Source of the DNA: Chiloscyllium plagiosum | Taxonomy: Eukaryota | Direction of reading: 5' to 3' | Length of the DNA: 64,000 nucleotides | NCBI RefSeq assembly: GCF_004010195.1 | Contig: NC_057718.1 | Coordinates: 94,088,039-94,152,038, forward strand | In this document: positions 12,031 through 23,790 of the stretch, one piece after another | How the letters are laid out: each line of letters starts with the position of its first letter | How positions within the stretch are numbered: the first letter of the stretch is position 1 | Made by a program: the position numbers and the translations under genes | Notes under the pieces: model-generated | Told to the model about the DNA's origin: nothing | Database searches by the model: none | The model's input: only the letters and a program-made list of their open reading frames with translations

Positions 12031-12145
12031 TTAGCTTAGTGCCATTATCGTAAAGCTTCATGGAGGGTATCTCTGCATACAACCTAACAAATTTACTCAC
12101 ATTTACCCCAAACGCACCTCATTGACTATCTACTGCACCTCTATG
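12031..12145 (+). repeat. 115-bp direct repeat, copy 1 (copy 2 at 13055-13169)
   Basis: TTAGCTTAGTGCC...CTGCACCTCTATG; one mismatch between the copies. Confidence 0.95.
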
Positions 12146-12324
12146 CCGCCTCTCTCTTGAATGTTAGCCTAATTCTCCAAGTCACCACAGCCGAAAGGAC
12201 TTGCCACTGCCAGGATATCCCAGGATTCCTGGAACTGGGGCTATCTTTTGAAGACTGTTGAGCACCCAGTCAGGCTTTGGCAGTCCAGCAGTGACCTGCA
12301 CAGTTTGTGACTGTTGCCCATCTG

Positions 12325-12530
12325 CAGCAGCTAAGGGGGAAATTGGCATTTTGTTTAGCCGATGGGGACCTGGAGGTCCTGGTGGAAGAGGTGACAAAGA
12401 GGAGGGCTGCTCACTTCCCACAGGACCACCAGGAGAGGCCATGATATCAGATGGTGCCAGTCTGATCTGAGCTTGCCACCTGGGCCAGTGCAATCTCAGC
12501 CATCTCTGCTCTGCCAATGTAAATGCCAAC
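12325..12530 (+). pseudogene. Decayed Myb/SANT-like DNA-binding ORF of PIF/Harbinger transposon type
   Basis: My translation GKLAFCLADGDLEVLVEEVTKRRAAHFPQDHQERP*YQMVPV*SELATWASAIS resembles the F..xELEVLVEEV..RR..LF...W.EVA..VSA pattern; two stops. Confidence 0.55.
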
Positions 12531-13054
12531 TTTTGCTTTCTGCTACCTGGCACTCATGCTCTCTCTGCTGCTGTACCCACCTGTTCCCAAGGCCCGTGCT
12601 CCATCACTCTTACAATTGCAAGCAGCAATATCTCTCGCTCGGTCTCACCCATCCAATCCACCAGCTCTGAACTCTTCATCACCTTCTGGGTCTCCTCCTC
12701 ACTCACTCACCATCTTTCCCCAACCTCCACCACGCCACCAGCTGTGCCAGCTATTTTTATCTCACCCACACCCTCCTCTTGTCTCAATCCAGGAGAAAAC
12801 CGACCACAATTAGGGTGAAAGAGCCAAGATGGGCAGTGGGGGTACCCTACATTCAGTTCCTCATCCCTTCTCAAGACAGGATCCTGACTCTTACAGTCCT
12901 GAGCATCGATTGACTGTGCCGATGAACTAATATCAAAGACTTTGACTGACAGTAATGAAACCCATTCATTGACAGCAGCCAATTTGATTTGACTGAGGAC
13001 AAAACCCCCATTTGACTTGAAGAAATAACCATTTGGTTGACGCGTTGCAGTGTG

Positions 13055-13169
13055 TTAGCTTAGTGCCATTATCGTAAAGCTTCATGGAGGGTATCTCTGC
13101 ATATAACCTAACAAATTTACTCACATTTACCCCAAACGCACCTCATTGACTATCTACTGCACCTCTATG
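13055..13169 (+). repeat. 115-bp direct repeat, copy 2
   Basis: 114/115 identical to 12031-12145. Confidence 0.95.
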
Positions 13170-14519
13170 TTTGCCAGGTTGTCTACTGGCACATGATACC
13201 AATGTGACATTGACACAGGACAGTGTAGACTACCAAACTGTCCACTCCCTTAACTGATGGCTACTGACCAAATATGAAAGGCAGGTTGGCTGGCTTTCTG
13301 TCTCTGTGGAACAAGGCAAGACAGAGACACCCTACGTCCAACTGACTGCACCCATGCCCTGGACTGGTAACGGTTTCTCTTTATCTTATTGGACTTCCAA
13401 AGTTTCAAAGAATTCAATGCATTTTATATCTTTCCAAGACTGAGTTTTTACCCAATGGCAATATCGTCAGTATTTATTTACTTCAGTGCTTTCAGATTAG
13501 AGTTATGGCTAGCCTGTGTTGGAGGGGTATCAGGGAGACACAAACTGAAGTCAAAGGTTAAAAAGCATAGAGCATACGTACATAGTGACTGAACTGAATT
13601 ATTTCAGAGACACTTGGAAAGTAATCTTAAGGGAAGATAAGTTTCTTGTTTTCAATACTGAGGCAATGTGGAGAAGCAATCAAAGCAGTAGAATGCTGGA
13701 ATCTGTAGCTGGAAAAATTAAGCATTTTTGCAGGAGCTTTGTTCACACCACACTATATTCACTCTACACCTTGGCATCCCCTCAGATACAAATGTGATGA
13801 GTACATATCAAGGTGACTGTACTTATATCAAAAACAGTAGAGAGGAACCTGCAAGAAAAACCTGCAAGAGAAGTTAAGGAAAGGTTAGAAAAGTATAAGT
13901 TCTATAGTCTGGAGAGTACAAGATTAAGGTAGCACTTACCTCCTTGTTAACAGTAGGCTTCAGTCTAGTAAAAACAATGGTTTGTGACACGGTAGTTAAC
14001 TATATACAAAGCATCCCTTGGTCTGTCTCTGGAGCCCCTCTCTGGCAGGGCAGTCTCCCATATCTTATAATCTTATAGACAGACCAGTCATTTTAAGTCA
14101 AGAAGACAATGGACTAAGAAGCTACACACTTCGCCAGCCTTTGTTCTCTCTGAGCACTCTTCTTAGTCAGGTTAATGTTTGTTCTTTCTCACCTCTTCCA
14201 ATGACCTTCCAGTCAGCTACCAGAAGTCATTGCTCTCAATCTCCCAGTTATATATCATAGTTGTCAGTGTCAATGACCACAGTGTCTGTACCTCCTTTGC
14301 TGGTGTCCCTGTAGCAGCAGGGGTATGGATGCCCAAGAGGTCATGATGCAGTGGCCAGTTCACTGTGCAGAAGATCCTTAGTGTATGGTCATCATTCATC
14401 TGCTGAATATGATCAAGCTAGTGCAGGCATCATTGGCTTAGTAGTGAGTGTAGTGAGGGAGTTGTTAATGGATTTATCATGACATTATTAAGTATTAAAT
14501 GAATCCAGAATAGTACTTC

Positions 14520-15018
14520 AATGTGGAATACTGTGAACTGTATTGGAGATAGTTCCCAAGTATGGAGGAGCTATCTTAGGAGGGACATTGGGTAAATTGG
14601 GCTGTACCCATTGAAATTTAGAAGAATGAGAGATGACCTTATTGAAGCATACAAGATTCTTACAGGACTTGACAGGGTAGATGCTGAAAGGTTGTTTCCC
14701 CTTGTGGGAGGGTCGAGCACCAGGGGGCATAATCTCAGAATAATGGGCTGCGTACTTAAGACATAGGTATGGAGGAATTTCTTCTCTCAGAGAGTAATCA
14801 GTCTGTGGAATTCTCTACCATAGGCGGCTACTGAGATTAGGCCATTGAGTATATGTAAGGCTGAGCTAGACAGATGTTATTCAGGAAAGAAATCAAACGT
14901 TTATGGGGCAAAGACATGAAAGTGGAATTAAGAATGATCAGTTCAGCAACTGAATGGCACAGCAGACTCAATGGATTGAACAGTCTACTTCTGCTCCCAT
15001 ATCTTATGGTGTTATGGT
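14520..15018 (+). mobile_element. CR1 3' fragment (second subfamily)
   Basis: TTTAGAAGAATGAGAGATGACCTTATTGAAGCATACAAGATT (FRRMRDDLIEAYKI); tail CTGCTCCCATATCTTATGG. Confidence 0.85.
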
Positions 15019-15134
15019 CAGGCCAGTCATCTTAAGTCAAGCAGGTAAGGTAGGAGAACCCAAATTTTAAATTGATGAACATTAAACTGAATTTAGGTTC
15101 AGAAGAAATAGCTTTATATGAAAACAATGATGAC

Positions 15135-16326
15135 AAAATGGTGACAAAGAAGATTGATGAAGGCAGAGTGGTAGATGTTGTCTTTATGGACTTCAGCAAA
15201 AAGTTTAACAAGGTTCGGCATGGTAGACTGGATAATAGGGTTTGATAACATGGGATTCAGGGGGGAGCAAGGCAATCGAATACAATTTGGCTTCATGGTA
15301 GCAGATAGAAGGTGGTGGAAGAGGGTTGCTTTTCAGACTGGAGGCTGGTGAGCAACAATGTGCTGTGGGAATTAGTGCTGGGTCCACTGCTTTTCATCAT
15401 TTATGTAAATGATTTGGGTTGAGCATAGGAGGTATTGTTTGTAAGTTTGCAGACACCAAAATAGGTGGTATAGTGCTCAGTGAAGAAGGTTATCTCAGAG
15501 TACAATGGCACCTTGAACAGATGGGTTGAGGAGTGGCAAATGGAGTTTAAGTTAGATAATTGTCAGCCTTTGTGTTTTGGTAAGGCAAATCAGGACTTAT
15601 ACAGTTAATGGGTAGGACCTGGGGAGTGTTGCCGAACAAAGAGACCGAGGGGTGCAGGTGCGTAGTTCCTTTAAAGTGGAGTCGCAGGTAGACAGGGTGG
15701 TGAAGAAGGTGTTTGACACATTTGCCTTCATTAGTCAGAACATTGAGTATGGGAGTTGGGATATCATGTTGTGGCTGTGCAGGACGATTGATGAGGCCAC
15801 ATGTAGAATACTGCATTCAGTTCTGGTCGCCCTTCTATATGAAAGATATTGTTAAACATGAGAAGGTGCAGAAAAGTTGTACAGGGATTTTGCCAGTGTT
15901 TGAGCTATAGAGAAAGGTTGAATAGGCCAGGGCTGTTTTCCCTAGAACATCGGGAGGCTGAGGGGTGACCTTATAGAGGTTTATAAAATCATGAGAGTCA
16001 CGGATAGGGTGAACAGCCAAGGTCTTTTTCCGAGGGTGGCGAAGTCTAAAACTAGAGGGAATAGGCTGAAGGTGAGAAGGGAAAGATTTAAAAAGGACCT
16101 GAGGGGTAATTCTTTTTCACACAGAGGAAGGTGTATGTATGGAACCAGCTGCCAGAGGAAGTGGTGGATACTGGTACAATTATAACATTTAAAAGACATC
16201 TGGATAGATATATGAATAGGAACGGTTTAGAGGGACATGGGCCAAAAGCTGGTAAATGGGACTAGGATGTCTGGTCAGTGCGAGGGAGTTGGCCTGAAGG
16301 GTGCATTTCTGTGCTGTATGACTCTA
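15135..16326 (+). mobile_element. 5'-truncated CR1, decayed RT and 3' end
   Basis: VDVVFMDFSK, SVLGPLLFIIYVNDL, KFAD, RPHVEYCIQFWSP and LRGDLIEVYKIM motifs with frameshifts; ATGACTCTA tail. Confidence 0.92.
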
Positions 16327-18213
16327 TCCCTCTGGTCCACCACGTAAGAAAGGATCATAAAATTTCTTCAAGTGTCCCAAATAATATGAAACACATGATT
16401 GGATGAGGTGGAAGTTCAAACATTTCACACTGTGGGGTCTTAAGGCTGCATTTGAATTGGGAGATGTTGCTCCAGTAGAAGGCGGGTTTAAATTCAATGG
16501 GGAAAGTTCCTGATCTCACTGGCCACATACTCTGACAGAACTTTAACCAGCAACCGCTGTGCCTTTTAGCGTCGGCAAGTCGTCGGGGAACAGGATTGGG
16601 AAAAAATAAACCCAAAGGAGAACTTTGCCCCGGATTCGTGGATGGGGCCATTTCTACAGCGTGCTGATTGCCGGGATGTGCGGGGGCCTCTGGTTGAAAG
16701 TCTGATTACCTCTGGAGCTGATAAGCTTCCATTTCAAACTAATTAAAAAGCTGCTGAACGCAGGCGGCGGCAGTGGCTTGAAGAAATGTCAACATTCCGC
16801 TTCCTAGATACCCTGAAGTTGATTCAAACTGCAAACAGAGGAGCGATATTTCTATGAAGCTGTTGCAAAAGATAGTTTCCACCTTCTTGCTCAGTCTGTG
16901 AGGGGTGTCTACTCAAACAGAAGCGAGTGCATAGCAAATGTCGGCAGAAAGTGACAGTGATGGGCTGAGTTCAGAGATATGCTGTCCCCCATCAAGGCTT
17001 ATTTTATTGTTATCAATAGTAGGCTAACAATTCGGGGGAAATGTATTATGTTCAGAGGGAATATCATTCTCTATTTATCCTGCATGACATAATCAATTTC
17101 TTCAAAGTCCTTCCCCTTGTTTGCTGAGTTCCTCTCACTTTTCATCAAACAATTAAAGGGCCAAACAAGTTAAACCAGATGTTCCCATGCACCGGGAGAC
17201 GTACACAGGCAACATCATTAAGTGCTGGAATTATGCAGCCCTCAATTCCACGATGCAGTTTCCCTTTTGGGGCTCTTTATGGTGCAAATTGCAAAGAAAT
17301 CAGTCTTCTCCCTGACTCTCTGCCACCCTGACAATGCGGTCCTCTCTAGTGTCACAGGGAAATTAAATTAAATTAAATTAAACTGGGAAGTCATTTATTT
17401 TTCCCCCGGATAATGCACTCAGGAAAATTGCGGCTACCAGGGGAGTATAAAGGGCAAATGTTTGTATATAAAACAAAGGTCGGTCCATCCACTTCTAGAA
17501 TTGGAGGTCACATGCAAACGCGTAGGTTTGCCACTTTGAAACACTGTTCAACACACCCCATGTGGAGTTGTCACTGCATTACACAATGTCACAACATACA
17601 TACTCGTTAGTCACCACGCAGGGTTCCAGCTCCCTGATTTGGGGAGATAGAGATAAGTACTCCTTTGATTTGTGATGTAGAAAACACTGCTCATGTCAAT
17701 TTATCATGTTTTCTCAGTGGTGTGTGGGCCTTTGCTTTATGATCTTTTTAACGCCATCTTTCACGATGTACACCAATGATTCACGAGGATACATCTGTGT
17801 AGCAGAACTGCTTGGAGAAGCTACAATTCCAAAATACACACTTCACATTGTCGTCCAAATTCTACAGAACTGAAAAGGCCCCTAAACAATTCCATGAGGC
17901 GGGTTGCCCTAGCCACAATGGCGAAAAGTATGGATTAAAATTTACTTCTCACTCTCCATTGGTAAAATGCTCATCAAAACGTCCTCGTCTGACCGTTTTT
18001 TGATCAGTTGTCCGAATATTTCCTTTTGTGGTTCAGTGCCGAATTTGGTTTGAACGTACTCCTGTGAGCCACATTAAGAAGTGTTATAATACTCAGTTAA
18101 GGGTCCTGCACAAGTCCTGGTTGCTGTTGCTGCCAAATGTTGTGAACCGTCTCTGATGGAGTTAGCAGTTTTGATTTCCCCAATAATTGTGCAACTCTCT
18201 TTTGTAGATACAA

Positions 18214-18317
18214 AGTTAAAAATCACACAACACCAGGTTATAGTCCAACAGGTTTAATTGGAAGTGTGCTAGTCCCTAGTCCCTAGTCCAACACCGGCAT
18301 CTCCAAATCATGACTTC
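18214..18317. mobile_element. Penelope-type family B mini-element
   Basis: 9-bp TSD TAGATACAA at 18205-18213 and 18318-18326. Confidence 0.8.
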
Positions 18318-18475
18318 TAGATACAACATTGAAAGCATTCAATCCAGATGCATCACAGTTTGGTACAGCAACTGTTCTGCCCAGGACTCTAAGAAACTAC
18401 AGAACATTATGAACACAGTCCAGCCCAACATGCAAGCCAGCCTTCCATCTATTGACTCTGTCTACACTTCTCTCT

Positions 18476-18688
18476 GGAGAGAAAGTGAGGTCTGCAGATG
18501 CTGGAGATCAGAGCTGAAAATGTGTTGCTGGAAAAGCGCAGCAGGTCAGGCAGCAACCAGAGAACAGGAGAATCGACGTTTTGGGCATAAGCCTGATTCC
18601 TGAAGAAGGGCTTATGCCCGAAACGTCGATTCTCCTGTTCCCTGGATGCTGCCTGACCTGCTGCGCTTTTCCAGCAACACATTTTCAG
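18476..18688. mobile_element. Penelope-type family A inverted-pair mini-element
   Basis: Arms of about 80 bp, nearly perfectly inverted; 14-bp TSD CTACACTTCTCTCT at 18462-18475 and 18689-18702. Confidence 0.85.
18596..18631 (+). ncRNA. Minimal type I hammerhead ribozyme motif (family A)
   Basis: CTGAAGA-A-GGGC-TTAT-GCCC-GAAA-C-GTC; palindromic ACGT helix III; predicted cleavage after GTC (18627). Confidence 0.75.
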
Positions 18689-18793
18689 CTACACTTCTCT
18701 CTTCCTAGGGAAGGCAGTCAACATCATCAAAGACCCCTCACACCCCGGTTACAATCTCTTCCAACCTCTTCCGTCAGGCAGAAGATACAAAAG

Positions 18794-18918
18794 GAGAAAG
18801 TGAGGACTGCAGATACTGGAGCTCAGAATCAAGAGTGTGGTGCTGGAAAAGCACAGCAGGTCGGGCAGCATCCGAGGAGCAGGAGAATTGACATTTCATA
18901 AGCCCTTCATCCGGATTC
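18794..18918 (-). mobile_element. Penelope-type family A element
   Basis: GAGAAAGTGAGGACTGCAGATACTGG...; 7-bp TSD ACAAAAG at 18787-18793 and 18919-18925; hammerhead decayed. Confidence 0.75.
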
Positions 18919-19184
18919 ACAAAAGCACCAATAGGTTCAAGAACAGCTTCTTCCCTGCTTTTATTAGATATCTAAATGGATCGTTAAAATCTAGTGTTGA
19001 TCTTTCTTTTTGTGCACCTTCTTTGCAGCTGTAACTTTCTATTTATCTGTTCAATCACCCGCTCTGATCTTTGCATGACATGATCCGCCTGTACTGCGTG
19101 TAAAACAAAACTTGTCACTGTACCTCAGTACAAGTGGCAATAATAAATCAAATCAAATCAAAGCATTAATATAGTCACACCAGT

Positions 19185-19516
19185 AAACTTCTCGAAATGC
19201 TTCACAGCCAGTGTACATCTTGAAGTGTAATCGCTGGAAATGCGGCATTAATCAAACTCCCACCAGAGCAGAGATCAGATTATCTGCTTTTTTGTGATGT
19301 CGATGGATTTAATATCAGCTGGGATACAAGGCATAATTCCCCTGCACTTTCTTAAAATGTGATCTTTCGAATACACAAAGTAAATCTTGATTTAATATCT
19401 CAATCGAGCAGTAAACAATCGGAGGGTGCAGCACTCATTCAATCCCATAACCTGGACTTTCACATTTCTAGCCCAGAACCTTATCATTCTGAGATGAGAG
19501 TGCTACTAACTGAGCC
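19185..19516 (-). mobile_element. DeuSINE (SacSINE1-like), decayed
   Basis: GCTTCACAGCCAGTG...GATCAGATTATCTGCTTTTTTGTGATGT...GAGAGTGCTACTAACTGAGCC (tRNA-like head on the minus strand). Confidence 0.65.
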
Positions 19517-20589
19517 GCACCTGTATATTTATAAGGTTACACCTCTACGTGACCTTAGCGGGTCATACAGGGGGTATAGCCTTATAGATATGTGTGTTCA
19601 TTCACTCAACATAGAGACAGCAACAGCAACTTGCCTTTCTACCAAAGGTTTTCAGGAAGGTGTAAACCAGGGGAGAGCCAAAGAAGGAGGCAATTAAAGA
19701 AATGGCTAAGGAGGTGGGTTTAAATGATGGTCCAAACCACACTAAAATGAATGTGGCAGTGGCAGGTTGTGAAATTCCAGCTCTGGGAAAACCACACACG
19801 TTGTTCGGTATGGATAAAAGCTCAAAGACACACCCAACACTGATGATTCCCCAAGTGCACCAGCCTGAGGTCCTTCATTTCTCACTGAATGTGATGACTG
19901 AGTCAATGCATGTTAATCTTTGTCAGGCTCCACTGATGAGGCAATAAACATTTCAATTGTCTCATGAAATATACTGTTTCTCTCCATAGAACCCCACACT
20001 TATTCTTTATCTACTTGAATACTTCCTCTTGTTTAAGCAAGAAATCCTCCTTTAAGTAAATTGATAACAACTCTTTCTACATCAAAGTGCAAGGTTTCTG
20101 ACAGAGAATCCCTTGTTCTAACCTGCTTTCCCTTCTGTGTAAAGAGACTTTTCACAAATTTCTTTTCCAGTTATCTTAAGTGTGTCCTCTCTTGCTACTG
20201 TTTGTTGTCGAATAATCAATCATAACTTTTCATAACATTGTGTGCTTCAGTCAGGTCACAACTTCACTGTATCACGATTTAGTGAGCAGACGTCTTTCAC
20301 ATGTCTCTTCAAAACTGTAACCCCTCATCTCTGAAGACAGTTTTCACAAATCAACATTGGACATTGTCTGTTGCTTGTCTCTCTTTCTCATAACTGGTGT
20401 CCGAAACAATACTCACACTCTGGCCTAACTCACTTCCTGTCCGATTTGAACATGGTTTCCTTGTTTTTGTGTTTCATGCCACTGTAAAATCATGGGTCCC
20501 AGTTCCCTTTTCCACACTTTCCCTTTTTCTGTTAACACTGTTAATGGTTTGTTACCCAGCACCAATGTCCCTCTAAACCATCATTTTAT

Positions 20590-20985
20590 CATAGAGTCAT
20601 AGAGATGTTCAACACGGAAGCAGACCCTTCACTCCAATTCGTCCATATCGACCAGATATCCTAACCTAATCTAGTCCCATTTGCCAGCTCTTGGGCCTTA
20701 TCCCTCTAAACCTTTTCTATTCACATGCCCATCCAGATTCCTTTTAAATTTTGTAATTGTGGCACACCATTAGTCACAGGCCTCCAACGTGAAAAGCAAC
20801 CCTCCACCATCACCCTCTGTCTTCTATGTTCAAGCCAGTTCTGTATCCAAATGTCTATATCTCCCTGTATTCCATGAGATTTAACCTTGCTAACCAGTTT
20901 ACCATGAGGAACCTTGCCGAGCGTCTTACTGAAATCCATATAGATCACGCCCCCCACTCTGCCCTCATCAATCTTCTTTGTTACT
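20590..20985 (-). mobile_element. CR1 with internal deletion (3' tail joined to an RT segment)
   Basis: CATAGAGTCATAGAG tail; ORF-track VIYMDFSKTLGKVPHGKLV...WIQNWL...VTNGVPQ, joined at about 20760. Confidence 0.88.
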
Positions 20986-21054
20986 CCTTGTCACTTTAAA
21001 CCTATTTCCTTTCCTAAATCTTCAGGCTTACAATTGTTCACTGATTCTTCACAG

Positions 21055-21368
21055 TATTTATTGCAAAAGTATGCTTTATTCATAAAAAATCTTGATATAC
21101 ATACAGAGTTACTAAAACAGCTCTGTACAGTCTTTGCACAGAAAGAGCAACAAACATTGGACTTTGGCATTCCCTGCAGTTGCAAAAAAACCCAAGGCAT
21201 TTATTACTTAGACAGGACAATGTTTACACATACATTTGAGACACCAAGAGGATATGACAGCTGAACGGACCCCCATTATATTTTAGCAGAAAGATCTTAG
21301 ACAGTGGTCTTTCCCCACTGCACTTTGACAGCAGCTGCCCAAGCCTGACCCTCAGCACAGAGTCCTAG
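21055..21368 (-). mobile_element. Tx1-type (L1 clade) LINE 3' end
   Basis: Minus strand encodes ...LGAAAVKVQWGKTTV* followed by a 3' UTR with TTTATGAATAAAG. Confidence 0.7.
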
Positions 21369-22902
21369 ATGTCACTTATCTCCTTGATGGCATCTTCATC
21401 ATCACTGAAGTTTGCCATTTCATTAGATTGCCCTTCAGCCTAAGGTGAAGGTCCCATTTATCCTCCATGTTTAAAATTGCATCCAAAATTCTGCTTTCTT
21501 TTTCAAACCAAGCGTGCATCTTTCGCATCAACAGATATGCGTATTCTTTCGCGCCTAAGAACTGAGCCTGGAACTCAGAGACCATATTTTGCTAGTTGGA
21601 GAAAGAACACAAGAAAATGAGTCTCGCCACCAATGTTGTGGTGCACATCATCCTTCTGCAGTATGTATCCTTCCTTTTTCACTTTGGTTGCTTCGTTAAT
21701 TGTGTCCTTTCTTTTTTGCCATTCTGACTGAAGTGGAGTGCCAAAGCCTGGAGGGACTTAGGGTAGCTTCAGCACTACGTGTGTCTTTGAGCTTTCATCC
21801 ATGTTTTACAAGGTGTGTATTGTTAAAAAAAAACACACATACATATCGTCAGGCACTTCTGTGGCTACATGTAAAAAGGATGTGGTATTGGACCTATCTA
21901 ACAGAGGATCTTGAATTGACAGCTGGACCACAGTATATGTGCACTGCTCACCATCAACTGCTAATTTCCTACAAAGTACCACTCTGTACATTCAAGCATT
22001 TACAAAGGGAATCTATTTTGAGATTTTCCAAATCTATGAGTAAACACATTTGCCATAGAGCTTGGGAAGATATTTGAATGCGCTTCAAGTGCAATGCTGA
22101 CTTAAAAAGTTACACATCAGAACTATTTATTGATAATTAAGCAAACAGTTAACTGCGATTTAATCAGATTCTTTACTAGTGAGTACAATCTCTAATAGCC
22201 ACAGAAATGTGGATTAAAGGATTTGACACAGTCATGTTTTGATCAATGAGAAGCTAATTGTTATGTGATATTTTTTAAACAATATGTTTAACTTTTCTTA
22301 TTTTTCATGGCTCCTAGCAAGGTTTTTTTTCTCTCTGTCACATTACTGAACTATTTGCACATTTTATTTTGTTTTTGTGATTTCAATTAAGAGACATTTT
22401 AATACCTGTGTTGGATCAGAGTGATTCACAGCAAATAAAGATAGCACAGTTAAACAACAAACAGCTGTTCCTTTTTATCTGCTGTGTGCAGTATTGGATG
22501 ATTATAAATGCCATCCTTTCTACAACAATTACAAGCAAAGCCTTGGTTCTCTAACATGTCAGTTTAAGTAAATGCATGGTAATGGAAGGAAGGTCGATCT
22601 GGAATATGCCTGGTTTGTCTTCTGCCTTGGGCCAGATCATCAGACCTCAGAATGGGTGACAGTAAGGATTGCTGCTTGATATAATCATTCTCTGGCTTAG
22701 CAGGAGAAACATTGGCCAGGGATTCCATTTCTGATTGTGATCCAACAATGCCCTTTTGGGCAATCCTCTGGGGATCAAATTGATTGTGGCAGGAACAGGC
22801 TGAACTGCGATGCGCTTAAAACTGTCCAACCGTCTGATACGCACTATCTGAATTAATCCGGGTAGGCACTCAGGTGAGGTAAAAATCAACCAGGCAAAAG
22901 TG

Positions 22903-23147
22903 TGATGCTGGAGATCAGAGTCGAGAGTGTGGTGCTGGAAAAGCACAGCAGGTCAGGCAGCAATCGAGGAGCAGGAGAGTTGAGGTTTCAGGCAAAAGCC
23001 CTTTATGCGACCCTTTCTTGCTGGATCATCCCTCTGGCCTTAGACTGTCCCACAGTGGGAAACATCTTTTTGGTATCTATCCTGTCAAGACTCGCCTGCT
23101 CCTCGGATGCTACCTGACCTGCTGTGCTTTTCCAGCACCACACTCTC
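22903..23147. mobile_element. Two inverted family A Penelope-type arms enclosing a CR1 piece
   Basis: Arms at 22903-23003 and 23092-23147; minus-strand CR1 at 23010-23091, continuing 23148-23340. Confidence 0.7.
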
Positions 23148-23577
23148 AAAGCCTCAGTATTTTGTATGTTTCAATAAAGCCTCTCATTCTTCTATATTCC
23201 AAAGAGTTCAGGTTCAACCTTTCCACATAAGAGAGTTCCCTTACCTGAGATTAGCCTGGTAAGAGTAAAGCTTCTCTGCACTGCCTCCAGTGCTGGTATA
23301 TCTTTGCTTAGGGTAGGGGCCAAGACTATTCACAGTATTCCACATTGAAGCAATTTGGTTGGCTGTGTCACTTCAGAGGACTGTCATTCTTGAACTATTG
23401 GGGTGCAACAAAATCAGTTGAAGTACTGATGAAAAATGAAACATACTATTGAAGCCTTTGATCCAACACTCTTGAAGGACTAATGTTCCTTCAACACTGC
23501 ATGGCTGTTTTGATGATTCCTGCATGGTGATTAATTTGCCAACTTCATTCTTGGTATTGACTTCCTTTTCCTCTTAT

Positions 23578-23790
23578 TCATCGCTGGCTGGGCCAGCATT
23601 TATTGCCCATCCCTAATTGCCCAGATAGTAGTTAAGAGTCAACTATATTGCTATGGTCTAGAGTCACATGTAGGTCAGACCAAGTAAGAGTGGCAGTTTC
23701 CTTTGCTAAGCGACAAGAGTCAACCAGATGGGATTTTCCCAACAATCGACAATGGTCATCATTAGACTCTTAATTCCAGACTTTGATTTT
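23578..23790 (-). mobile_element. SINE 3' part (same family as 36693-37007)
   Basis: GGCCAGCATTTATTGCCCATCCCTAATTGCCC...GTTAAGAGTCAAC...GAGTCACATGTAGG. Confidence 0.75.

Larger units (their letters stand above)
18190..19162 (+). mobile_element. Rex1/Babar-type LINE 3' fragment with three nested insertions
   Basis: IESIQSRCITVWYSNCSAQDSKKLQ...LPSIDSVYTS...IIKDPSHPG...LPSGRRY...TNRFKNSFFPAFIR (DUF1891-like C-terminus); tail AATAAATCAAATCAAATCAAA. Confidence 0.85.

Noticed and set aside
12258..12470. Collagen-like peptide (GPGGPGGRGD, GPPGEA)
   Set aside because: No sustained Gly-X-Y register; another frame matches a Myb/SANT remnant better
12031..13169. LTR retrotransposon or TRIM
   Set aside because: No TG...CA termini, primer-binding site, polypurine tract or TSD seen
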